Source: Candidatus Poribacteria bacterium (GTDB lineage: Bacteria; Poribacteria; WGA-4E; PCPOR2b). From it: a stretch of 64,000 nucleotides of DNA. Shown here one piece after another: positions 30,469-38,799 of the stretch. Position 1 is the stretch's first letter, and each line of letters starts with the position of its first letter. The stretch covers positions 2,208,001 to 2,272,000 of the forward strand of contig OZ244587.1 of the NCBI GenBank assembly GCA_965218095.1, written 5' to 3'. The notes under the pieces are model-generated. The model did no database searches and was not told the origin of the DNA. It saw only the letters and a list, made by a program, of their open reading frames with translations. The position numbers and the translations under genes were made by a program.

Positions 30469-31704
30469 ATACAAATCATACAGAACTTTCTCATTGGGTT
30501 GGCCACCCTGAGACGGAATAAACTAAGGTCTCTACTAACAATGCTCGGCATCATCATCGGCATTTCTGCAGTTGTCGGCATGGTCTCCGTTGTCGGTGGG
30601 GCAAAATCTTTAGTGTTGGCTGAATTTGAACGGATGGGTGGGTCAAACTTAATTGTTTGTTTCCGTCCACGCTGGATCAAAGGAGATGATGGCGCCTGGA
30701 CTCAGAATAAGGCGCCTGTGTATCTCAAATATGAGGATATCGATGCCATTTTGACCACTTGCCCTTCGGTGAAAAGCATCACGGCGGACATCGACACGCT
30801 GGCGCGACCCATATCATACAGAGGAGAAACGAAACACTTTCGCTTTGAGGGCGTTACGCCACTTTACCCGGAGGTACACAACTAGTATGTCCAGTCTGGG
30901 CACTTTCTGCAGCAGGAGGACCTGGATCGGAACGAGTCAGTATGTGTGATTGGATGGCAGGTGCAGAAAGATCTGTTTGGCAAAACGCATCCAGTCGGTC
31001 AAGAATTGAAGATTGGCATGCAGCGATTTACCGTCATCGGGGTGATGGAGGAAAAGGGAAACAAAATGGCGACGGAGGGTTGGGATGAGAAGTTGATTAT
31101 TCCGTTTACGACGATGTGGACACGTTTCATCGGTAATCGGAAATGGGGTTTTGAATTGTGGATGCAAGCGGAGAGTTTTGAAGATGTTGATCAGGTGCTG
31201 GCAGAAGTTAAAATTGCCTTGCGTCGCCGGCACGGTTCTGAAGAGTATTTTCGATTTTACACGGCGAAGGAGGTCTTAGAGCAGGTTGGAAAAGTCAGCC
31301 GGGTTCTCAAGATTCTGCTCGGCGGGGTTGCGAGTATCTCACTATTTGTCGGCGGCATTGGCATCATGCTGGTTTCCGTTACGGAACGCACGAGAGAAAT
31401 CGGGCTGCGCAAAGCAGTCGGTGCGCGACGGCGCGATATTTTGCAGCAGTTCCTCGTCGAGTCGGTCGTTCTTAGCGTCTCTGGAGGACTGATTGGTATT
31501 CTCATCAGTGGCGGCATTACTTTTGGAACAGCATGGGTGGTAACAACATTCCTCATCAAAGAGACAGAATGGCCTGCGGTTGTATCATTATGGGCGGCGC
31601 TTGCGGCTTTCGGTTCTTCCGCCTTTATCGGTATCGTGTTTGGCATCCTTCCTGCGTATAAGGCGGTGCGGCTGACGCCAACGGAGGCTTTGCGGCATGA
31701 ATAG
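30469..31704 (+). pseudogene. MacB/FtsX-family ABC transporter permease, disrupted
   Basis: NKLRSLLTMLGIIIG; VTERTREIGLRKAVGA; PTEALRHE. In-frame TAG at 30883-30885, probable ATG>ATA at 30469, and GIGIM(NIM)LVSV shortened by 3 codons. Confidence 0.85.
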
Positions 31705-31823
31705 TGGGGCCTTCCAGTCGGATTGACTTTGAGGTCATCAGTTAGTGAAAACTGGTATGTTGAGTGAAAAGTGGCAACTCAGGTTAAAAATAAAACCGTC
31801 CGACGACTTATTTCGGCTTCCTG

Positions 31824-31851
31824 TTGACACAGATTTGAAAATGAGTATAAT
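31824..31851 (+). promoter_or_regulatory. Consensus sigma70 promoter
   Basis: TTGACA-N16-TATAAT upstream of the epimerase gene. Confidence 0.75.
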
Positions 31852-31944
31852 ATGTGGAATTCATTACGCCGGAATTGGTAAGGCAGCGTATATATGACTC
31901 ATGTGACTCAATAGAATGCGAAAGATATTACAGGAGGGATCGAT

Positions 31945-33039
31945 GTGATCAAATTATACGGAACGGAATACAATCGGCTGCAACTGCTTCGTCATGTCGG
32001 CGACATTTCTCAGATTGCCGGTGTGAAGCAGTATCAATTGGCGAGCGGAAATGAAAAGGGAGTTGATGGGGTTGATTTTCGGACGGGTTCCGGGTTAAAT
32101 TTTACTGTCTTGCCGGGCCGTGGATTGGACATCTCTTATGCGGAATACAACGGCATCCCGCTGTGCTGGCGGTCGAGCACCGGCGATGTCGCTCCAGCTT
32201 ATTATGAGCCAGAGGGAGAGGGATGGCTGCGTGGATTCTTTGGTGGGCTACTGACTACCTGTGGCATGACATACCTCGGATCGCCGGACGAAGATCAGGG
32301 TGAGCAGCTTGGACTGCACGGGCGTGTCTCTTACATCCCCGCCCAAAACCTATGGATTGATAACCGCTGGGAAGGCGATCGATACACGATGTGGGCCCAA
32401 GGTAAGGTGACGGAGACAACGGTTTTTGGCGAAAACCTCTGTCGAACACGTCGCATCTGGACAGAACTTGGCGCGACGAAGCTCCATATCGAAGATATTG
32501 TTGAAAATCTCGGCTATCAGGATACGCCTCACATGTACCTCTTCCATATCAATCCCGGATTCCCAATTGTCGCTGAAGGCTCCGAATTACTTGTCCCATC
32601 GACGCAAGTTATCCCGATGGATGAACACTCGGCGGAGAAGTTGAGTGCTCACGCGCGATGTGAACCACCGACCGTCGATTTTCGTGAAGAGGTGTATTAC
32701 CACGAGATGGAAGTTGATGAGGACAACCATATCTATGTTGCCCTCGTCAATCGGTCGTTTAACAATGGACAGGGACTTGGCTTGTACGTGAGATACCATA
32801 AAACGCAACTACCCAAATTCGTTCAATGGAAGATAAACAGCGAAGGGCTTTATGTCATTGGCTTGGAACCGGCAAACTGTTGGGTTGATGGGCGATCAAA
32901 GGAGAGAGAACGAGGGACACTGGAGTTTATCGAACCGGGTGGACGCAGGCATTATGAAGTTGAAATCGGCGTTCTGACTTCTAACGCAGAGATTGAAAGG
33001 CTAGCAGAAAAGATTGCGGCGACGAAGACGAACAACTGA
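31945..33039 (+). CDS. Aldose 1-epimerase family protein (DUF4432-like)
   Basis: RTGSGL.FTVLP.RGLDI, GGLLTTCG, LHGR, YVIGLEP. Confidence 0.85.
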   Translation: MIKLYGTEYNRLQLLRHVGDISQIAGVKQYQLASGNEKGVDGVDFRTGSGLNFTVLPGRGLDISYAEYNGIPLCWRSSTGDVAPAYYEPEGEGWLRGFFGGLLTTCGMTYLGSPDEDQGEQLGLHGRVSYIPAQNLWIDNRWEGDRYTMWAQGKVTETTVFGENLCRTRRIWTELGATKLHIEDIVENLGYQDTPHMYLFHINPGFPIVAEGSELLVPSTQVIPMDEHSAEKLSAHARCEPPTVDFREEVYYHEMEVDEDNHIYVALVNRSFNNGQGLGLYVRYHKTQLPKFVQWKINSEGLYVIGLEPANCWVDGRSKERERGTLEFIEPGGRRHYEVEIGVLTSNAEIERLAEKIAATKTNN

Positions 33040-33204
33040 CTTAGCGTTAAAACCCGATCCGAATTACGCATCCCACCTTTGCGCCCGAGGCGGTATATGT
33101 AAAAATCTTGCGCAAGCAATCATTTTTAAGGCTATCCGGGTATCCCCATTCAACGTTCTGACCGAGAAATCGTCGAAGTTGTCAAAGGAGGCACAGTTGC
33201 ACGA

Positions 33205-33450
33205 TTATGCATTACGTTCTACGCTTTGCGATTCACACTTTAGTTTTACTAGAAACCACTTCTGAAGTAGGATGTGAGTCCCTTGAAACAGCGTCTTTGC
33301 TAGCACATTGAAACTTGACTTACAATCGTGACAATTCCAACGCCCCACCAGCTTATTTTCTGCCTTACGCGCAACCTTGAGGCTGCCACAATGTGGGCAA
33401 TGCGGTTCATTGCCCCATCGGACTTTTTCAAGGGGTTCTATACAAGATTT
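33205..33450 (-). mobile_element. IS1595-family transposase N-terminal zinc-ribbon fragment
   Basis: LEKVRW..PHCPHCGS...RWNCHDCKSSFNVL..TLFQGTH..LQKWFL. Confidence 0.8.
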
Positions 33451-33529
33451 ATGGCCTGGAAAAAGAAAGCACCTGATGATTTCAGTTATGATTGACCAAT
33501 TGTTATCCCCTACGAAATGAGGAATCCTT

Positions 33530-35737
33530 ATGCCAGATATCCGCAAATCACCAGAATATCAACGGTGGAGACAAGAGGTCAAACAGCGCGATGAAAACGC
33601 CTGTCGTGTATGTGGAGTGCAGCGTAATATCCACGTACATCACATCAAACCTTTCAAAAAATACCCTGAATTTGCCACCGAACTGGACAACGGCATCACA
33701 CTCTGCGGAAACTGCCACACTCTTTTTAGAGGTGAAGAAGAAAGCACCAATCTTCAAACGATTATAGAAGCGGTTACCGGTCAACATGATATGCGAACCG
33801 CTGACCAGTTAAATCGGCTCAACGGTAAATTTTGCGCCTATCTGGAACCCCTGTTAAAATCAGGGGATCGATCCAGAAGGAATAACGCGGTTTATCATCT
33901 GTTTGTCCAACTCCAAATTTATCCCGATTCACTTGACCAATTTCTTCCCCTTATTCAACATCTTCTAGATAGTGAAAACGGGTCCGATGAGGGGCTTGCC
34001 AAACAGATAGCAGTCGAATTTCTTAAAGGCAGCTCAAGCGGGGCGGCGTTACAGATGCTTAGCGAATACGAAAGACGGATTGAAGCCGAAAGACAAAGAC
34101 GGGAAGCGGAACTGGAAGAACTAAAGCAATTGCGACTGCTCGCCGAGCAAGGCGATGCCAATGCACAGAATAACCTTGGCGTGAGATATGCGAATGGCAG
34201 GGGTGTTGAGCAGGACGATGGGGAGGCGGTCAAATGGTATCGCAAAGCCGCCAAACAGGGCGATGCCAATGCACAGAATAACCTTGGCTTGAGATATGCG
34301 AATGGCAGGGGTGTTGAGCAGGACGATGAGGAGGCGGTTAAGTGGTATCGCAAAGCCGTCCAACAGGGCAATGCCTATGCACAGAATAACCTTGGCTGGA
34401 TGTATGAAAAAGGCAGGGGCGTTGTTCAAGACGATGAGGAGGCGGTCAAATGGTATCGCAAAGCCGTCCAACAGGGCAATGCCTATGCACAGAATAACCT
34501 TGGCTGGATGTATGAAAAAGGCAGGGGCGTTGTTCAAGACGATGAGGAGGCGGTCAAGTGGTATCGCAAAGCTGCCCAACAGGGTAATGCCAAAGCACAG
34601 AATAACCTTGGCGTGAGGTATGAAAAAGGCAGGGGTGTTGAGCAGGACTATGAGGAGGCGGTTAAGTGGTATCGCAAAGCCGCCGAACAGGGTAATGCCA
34701 CAGCACAGTATAACCTTGGCTGGATGTATGAACATGGCAGGGGTGTTGTTCAGGACGATGGGGAGGCGGTCAAATGGTATCGAAAAGCCGCCAAACAGGG
34801 CGATGCCACAGCACAGAATAACCTTGGCTGGATGTATGAACATGGCAGGGGTGTTGTTCAAGACGATGGGGAGGCGGTCAAATGGTATCGAAAAGCCGCC
34901 AAACAGGGCGATGCCTATGCACAGAATAACCTTGGCTTGAGATATGCGAATGGCAGGGGTGTTGAGCAGGACGATGAGGAGGCGGTTAAGTGGTATCGCA
35001 AAGCCGTCCAACAGGGCAATGCCTATGCACAGAATAACCTTGGCTGGATGTATGAAAAAGGCAGGGGCGTTGTTCAAGACGATGAGGAGGCGGTCAAATG
35101 GTTTCGCAAAGCCGTCCAACAGGGTAATGCCACAGCACAGAATAACCTTGGCTGGATGTATGAAAAAGGCAGGGGCGTTGTTCAAGACGATGAGGAGGCG
35201 GTCAAGTGGTATCGCAAAGCTGCCCAACAGGGTAATGCCAAAGCACAGAATAACCTTGGCGTGAGGTATGAAAAAGGCAGGGGTGTTGAGCAGGACTATG
35301 AGGAGGCGGTTAAGTGGTATCGCAAAGCCGCCGAACAGGGTAATGCCACAGCACAGTATAACCTTGGCTGGATGTATGAACATGGCAGGGGTGTTGTTCA
35401 GGACGATGGGGAGGCAGTCAAATGGTTTCGCAATGCTACCGAACAAGGCGATGCCAATGCCCAGACCTACCTTGGCTGGATGTATGAACATGGCAGGGGT
35501 GTTGAGCAGGACTATGAGGAGGCGGTCAAATGGTATCGCAAAGCCGCCAAACAGGGCTATGCCCTAGCCCAGGAGAACCTTGGCGAGATGTATGACAATG
35601 GCAGGGGTGTTGATTGGGACGATGAGGCGACGGTCAAATGGTTTCGCGAAGCCGCTGAGCAAGGAAATGCCAAAGCCCAGTTCCTCCTTGGCGAGATGTA
35701 TGACAATGGCAGGGGCGGTGTTCAGGTTGAAGGTTAA
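33530..35737 (+). CDS. HNH endonuclease fused to Sel1-like repeat array
   Basis: YQRWRQEVKQRD..CRVC...HVHHIKP...NGITLCGNCH; 14 complete plus 1 partial 36-aa SLR (AQ.NLG..Y..GRGV.QD..EAVKWYRKAA.QG); no signal peptide. Confidence 0.9.
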   Translation: MPDIRKSPEYQRWRQEVKQRDENACRVCGVQRNIHVHHIKPFKKYPEFATELDNGITLCGNCHTLFRGEEESTNLQTIIEAVTGQHDMRTADQLNRLNGKFCAYLEPLLKSGDRSRRNNAVYHLFVQLQIYPDSLDQFLPLIQHLLDSENGSDEGLAKQIAVEFLKGSSSGAALQMLSEYERRIEAERQRREAELEELKQLRLLAEQGDANAQNNLGVRYANGRGVEQDDGEAVKWYRKAAKQGDANAQNNLGLRYANGRGVEQDDEEAVKWYRKAVQQGNAYAQNNLGWMYEKGRGVVQDDEEAVKWYRKAVQQGNAYAQNNLGWMYEKGRGVVQDDEEAVKWYRKAAQQGNAKAQNNLGVRYEKGRGVEQDYEEAVKWYRKAAEQGNATAQYNLGWMYEHGRGVVQDDGEAVKWYRKAAKQGDATAQNNLGWMYEHGRGVVQDDGEAVKWYRKAAKQGDAYAQNNLGLRYANGRGVEQDDEEAVKWYRKAVQQGNAYAQNNLGWMYEKGRGVVQDDEEAVKWFRKAVQQGNATAQNNLGWMYEKGRGVVQDDEEAVKWYRKAAQQGNAKAQNNLGVRYEKGRGVEQDYEEAVKWYRKAAEQGNATAQYNLGWMYEHGRGVVQDDGEAVKWFRNATEQGDANAQTYLGWMYEHGRGVEQDYEEAVKWYRKAAKQGYALAQENLGEMYDNGRGVDWDDEATVKWFREAAEQGNAKAQFLLGEMYDNGRGGVQVEG
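34145..35714 (+). repeat. 108-bp tandem repeat array (Sel1 repeats) with a 648-bp higher-order duplication
   Basis: Near-identical DNA units; the block starting at ~34296 recurs at ~34944. Confidence 0.95.
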
Positions 35738-36237
35738 GACTACCAAATCAGCGGCATCCCTAGAACTCTTGAAGGCGCACAAGACCTGTGGGGCGCGACA
35801 AGTACCACTTCCAAAAATGGGCGGTTGAAGAAGTCGAGGGGTTTGTAACTAGCCGACGAACCGCTGATGGTGGTATTTATGGACGACTTTATTTCTCAAT
35901 TCCTGATGAACGCGATTTGCAAAGCATGATATTGGAGGTCAAGGGCGGAAAGAAAGCCAGCATCAACGCCCTACGTGCTTTGCGGGGGGCCTTGACAGTG
36001 ATGACGCGCTTATGGCGGGTCTGATTGTCATGAACCCGCTCAGTGCTATCCAATCCCGCAACTTTCACGCATTCATGGCACAAGCGGGAGACTTAGAGGT
36101 AAACGGGTGCCTTACCCACGGATGCAAATGCTCTCTGTCTCTGAGATTTTAGAAGGCAAACGCTTTGTCACCCCGTCTGTAAGAGCCCAGCATTCAAGCG
36201 ATCAACAGTTAATCCCATTTAATCACAAAAGTCCCTA
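35716..36237 (+). pseudogene. C-terminal remnant of a DNA methyltransferase/restriction-endonuclease-like (PD-(D/E)xK) gene
   Basis: DYQISGIPRTLEGAQDLW / RDKYHFQKWAVE.VEGF...ADGGI.GRLYF...LEVKGG / YPRMQMLSVSEILEGKRF.TP, spread over frameshifted frames. Confidence 0.55.
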
Positions 36238-36294
36238 ACGACTCATTCTGTTTAGTTTTATACACCATCAACTCTTACGAAGGAGAAAATCATT

Positions 36295-38178
36295 ATGAAA
36301 AAGTACTGTTTTTGGACCACCGTAACCCTAATCTTGCTGACCTGCATCATAGTGTCGAATTGCAGCGGCAAAGAAATGGCAGCGACTCCCGATGTCGCTC
36401 CCGATAGCGTTTTGAATGTCATCCCCCAAGACACCGTTGGGGTGATTTACATCCCGAGCTTACTCGGACTCAATGACGAAATTAACGCACTCCTCGCAGA
36501 AATGATTCCTTCAGACCCACCGCAAGAACTGCCCGCTAAGATGTTGGCAGACACTTTTGGTGCGGGTTTTGAGACGCTGGCGGAATTGGAGGAACTGGGC
36601 TTGGATCTGCAGAAAAACTTCGCGGTGTTTCTCTCCGGTGTGAATCCACCCGTGCCTTCTGCCGCTGTTCACGTTAAAGATGTAGAAAGCGTCAAACAGT
36701 TAATCGAAATGGAATCGGAAGGCAGTAGTTCGGTCACCCATAACGGCGTGACATATTACACCACAGGGGAGGGCGGTGCGTTCGTTCTGATGGATGATGT
36801 GATGGTCTATTCAGGTTCAGTGGAGGTCTGCGAAAAAGCCATTGATACCCAGAAGAAGGAGATGCCATCGATTGTCGCCAATACCGATTTCCAATCGCTC
36901 AGGCTCGATACGACATCTGGCCTAAATGATCTGGTTGCTTACTTTGCAATGGATGCCATTGTGGAAGCCTTCCGCCCCATGCTGACTGAGAAATCGGAAA
37001 CATTAAAGGCAGAAATGGAAGAATTAAAGGCAGAAATGGAAGAAATGGAGGCAAGTGCAGAAATGGACCCACAACTCGATGTCGGTTTAGGGTATGTCGG
37101 GAATCTGGTTGACAGCGGTATATGGCTGCTGGAGCAGTCAAAAACCTTGGGCCTTACCGTTCAACTCAACGGCAGCGACTTACAAATTTCTCCATTCCTC
37201 AAATTTAAGCGGGATAGCGAGATTCAACCGTATATTCGCCAGTCACCAATGGAGCTGACACACCTCAAATACCTGCCGCAAAATGCGTTCCTCAATGGCG
37301 AGATGCAATTTCAGAAGGAGATGTTGGTCGATCTCACACACAAAATGATGCAGTTGTTTATCCCTTCGGATCCGAACGCGGATACAGAGGAGATCGAAAA
37401 AGCATCCGAGGCACTTACTGAAGCGACGACAAATTTCTACGGAGGCTTGGGAGATGAGGCCGCTTTTTCCGTCAATTTCAGCGAGAGCCTGATGCCTGAT
37501 ATATTATACGTCTACGATGTGACGGACGAAAAGCAGGTTAAGGCGTACATGGAGAAAGATTTCATCCTATATTTGGGAACCTCAATGGCACTGATCGAAG
37601 CACTGGGAGTGGGTCAGGCATACGCTGGCATGTACGCAGATGCGTCAGCAGGTTCCCCTGAGATATACAATGGTGTGGAGATTAAAAATTTCATTCTGCC
37701 AAATATCGCCGCCCTTTTTGCTCAACTTCCGCCCGAAATGGAAGGCGTCGCTCCAGAACAGTGGAATATCTACTATGCCATCAACGGCGGCAAACTGCTC
37801 TACGGAATAGCGGGTAATGCCCAGCCGATTAAAGACACCCTAGATCGAATGGCGGGTACGGGGGCAGGCTTTGATCAAGGGGAAGGCTACACCAAACTGA
37901 TCGGTGCGTTGACCGTGAAAAACAACATGTTCTTGGCAATTTCACCTATCACAGCGGTCAAAAGTCTCGTACAGATGTTTGCTCAAGCGGATCCGAACGT
38001 CGGCGTGGTCCAGATGCTTTTGATGGACATTCCCGAAACCTACAGCATCGGTATTGCTAGCCAAAATCGGGATGGCGGCGTTGAAGGGAAGCTATTTATC
38101 TCAATCGGCGACTTCAAGGAAATCATCAATAAGGTCGTCGGTATGCAGGGAATGGAGGGAATGGAGAGAATGCAGTGA
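36295..38178 (+). CDS. Large exported acidic protein, probable lipoprotein (DUF3352-like?)
   Basis: AAGGAG RBS; signal peptide with Cys (VSNCSG); LNVIPQDTVGVIYIP N-terminus; no catalytic motif recognised. Confidence 0.65.
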   Translation: MKKYCFWTTVTLILLTCIIVSNCSGKEMAATPDVAPDSVLNVIPQDTVGVIYIPSLLGLNDEINALLAEMIPSDPPQELPAKMLADTFGAGFETLAELEELGLDLQKNFAVFLSGVNPPVPSAAVHVKDVESVKQLIEMESEGSSSVTHNGVTYYTTGEGGAFVLMDDVMVYSGSVEVCEKAIDTQKKEMPSIVANTDFQSLRLDTTSGLNDLVAYFAMDAIVEAFRPMLTEKSETLKAEMEELKAEMEEMEASAEMDPQLDVGLGYVGNLVDSGIWLLEQSKTLGLTVQLNGSDLQISPFLKFKRDSEIQPYIRQSPMELTHLKYLPQNAFLNGEMQFQKEMLVDLTHKMMQLFIPSDPNADTEEIEKASEALTEATTNFYGGLGDEAAFSVNFSESLMPDILYVYDVTDEKQVKAYMEKDFILYLGTSMALIEALGVGQAYAGMYADASAGSPEIYNGVEIKNFILPNIAALFAQLPPEMEGVAPEQWNIYYAINGGKLLYGIAGNAQPIKDTLDRMAGTGAGFDQGEGYTKLIGALTVKNNMFLAISPITAVKSLVQMFAQADPNVGVVQMLLMDIPETYSIGIASQNRDGGVEGKLFISIGDFKEIINKVVGMQGMEGMERMQ

Positions 38179-38282
38179 TTCGATTGTGGCTTTATGGTGG
38201 GCGGCGTGCAAGATTTATTTCGCCAGGAAAGGCGAGGTGATAAATGTTGCACGCCTCATTCTGATATGAGATTAAGAAGAAA

Positions 38283-38648
38283 CTAATTTAGCGCCTCTGC
38301 GCTGAAACCAGCTTGCTTAACGGCATCGGTCAATTGGGCGGTGGTGGTTTTACCTTTTTCCAACTTGACGATTGCTTTACCATCTGAGAGAGAAACATCG
38401 GCGCTGATTACGCCGGGGACTTTAGTGAGTGCAGACTGCACATTTGCTTGGCAAGCCCCTCACGTCATTCCAGTAACAGCCAACGCGATCTCTTCGACAT
38501 CCGCTGCTGGCGCTTCAGCAGCAGCGGCAGGCTTTTCGGCCGCTTCTTGCGCTGTCTCGGCGGTCTTTTCCATCTTTTTCTCAGAAGCACAGCCAACAAC
38601 GAGAATTAGCGCCATGCAACAGATTAGCGAGAACTTCAGCATACACAT
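38283..38648 (-). CDS. Selenocysteine-containing heavy-metal-associated (HMA, CopZ/MerP-like) lipoprotein, 121 aa
   Basis: AAGGAGGT RBS; lipobox LVVGC; Ala-rich linker; LAVTGMT-TGA-GACQANVQSALTKVPGVISADVSLSDGKAIV...QLTDAVKQAGFSA, read through TGA 38460-38462 to TAG 38283-38285. SECIS-like hairpin downstream. Confidence 0.85.
38429..38441 (-). promoter_or_regulatory. Putative bacterial SECIS apical stem-loop
   Basis: GTGCA-GTC-TGCAC begins 18 nt after the UGA and closely resembles the E. coli fdhF SECIS upper stem (UGCAGGUCUGCAC). Confidence 0.65.
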
Positions 38649-38690
38649 CTGGTAGACACCTCCTTTTCAGGAAAAATAAAACTGCCTTCT

Positions 38691-38726
38691 ATTATATGTG
38701 ACAGTACAGGTTTTGTCAAATATAAT
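38691..38726. promoter_or_regulatory. Symmetric overlapping divergent sigma70 promoters
   Basis: Minus strand: TTGACA(38714-19)-N17-TATAAT(38691-96). Plus strand: GTGACA(38698-703)-N17-TATAAT(38721-26). Confidence 0.75.
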
Positions 38727-38799
38727 CTGTAGCAGTGGTAGATTTGTGGTCGCAAGAAAAGTTGATGGAAGTACCGTAAGGAATCAACACCCCAGCCTA

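Noticed and set aside
30883-30885. In-frame TAG as pyrrolysine or recoding
   Set aside because: The position fits TGG>TAG, the gene has other lesions, and TAG is used as a normal stop elsewhere in the window.
34121-35491. 456-aa antisense ORF and alternative-frame repeat ORFs
   Set aside because: Shadows of the Sel1 repeat array.
34145-35714. Tandem array as CRISPR
   Set aside because: 108-bp in-frame coding repeats with no unique spacers and no cas genes.
33039-36236. Intact terminal inverted repeats delimiting an IS1595 cargo transposon
   Set aside because: Only a weak GACTT/AAGTC match; the boundaries cannot be supported.
37003-37048. Short in-frame tandem duplications (LKAEMEE x2; also IFDT x2 near 46764 and FSxVEGD x2 near 51750)
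   Set aside because: Ordinary slippage duplications with no evidence of function.
38341-38655. Plus-strand 104-aa ORF
   Set aside because: Antisense shadow of the Sec-HMA gene.
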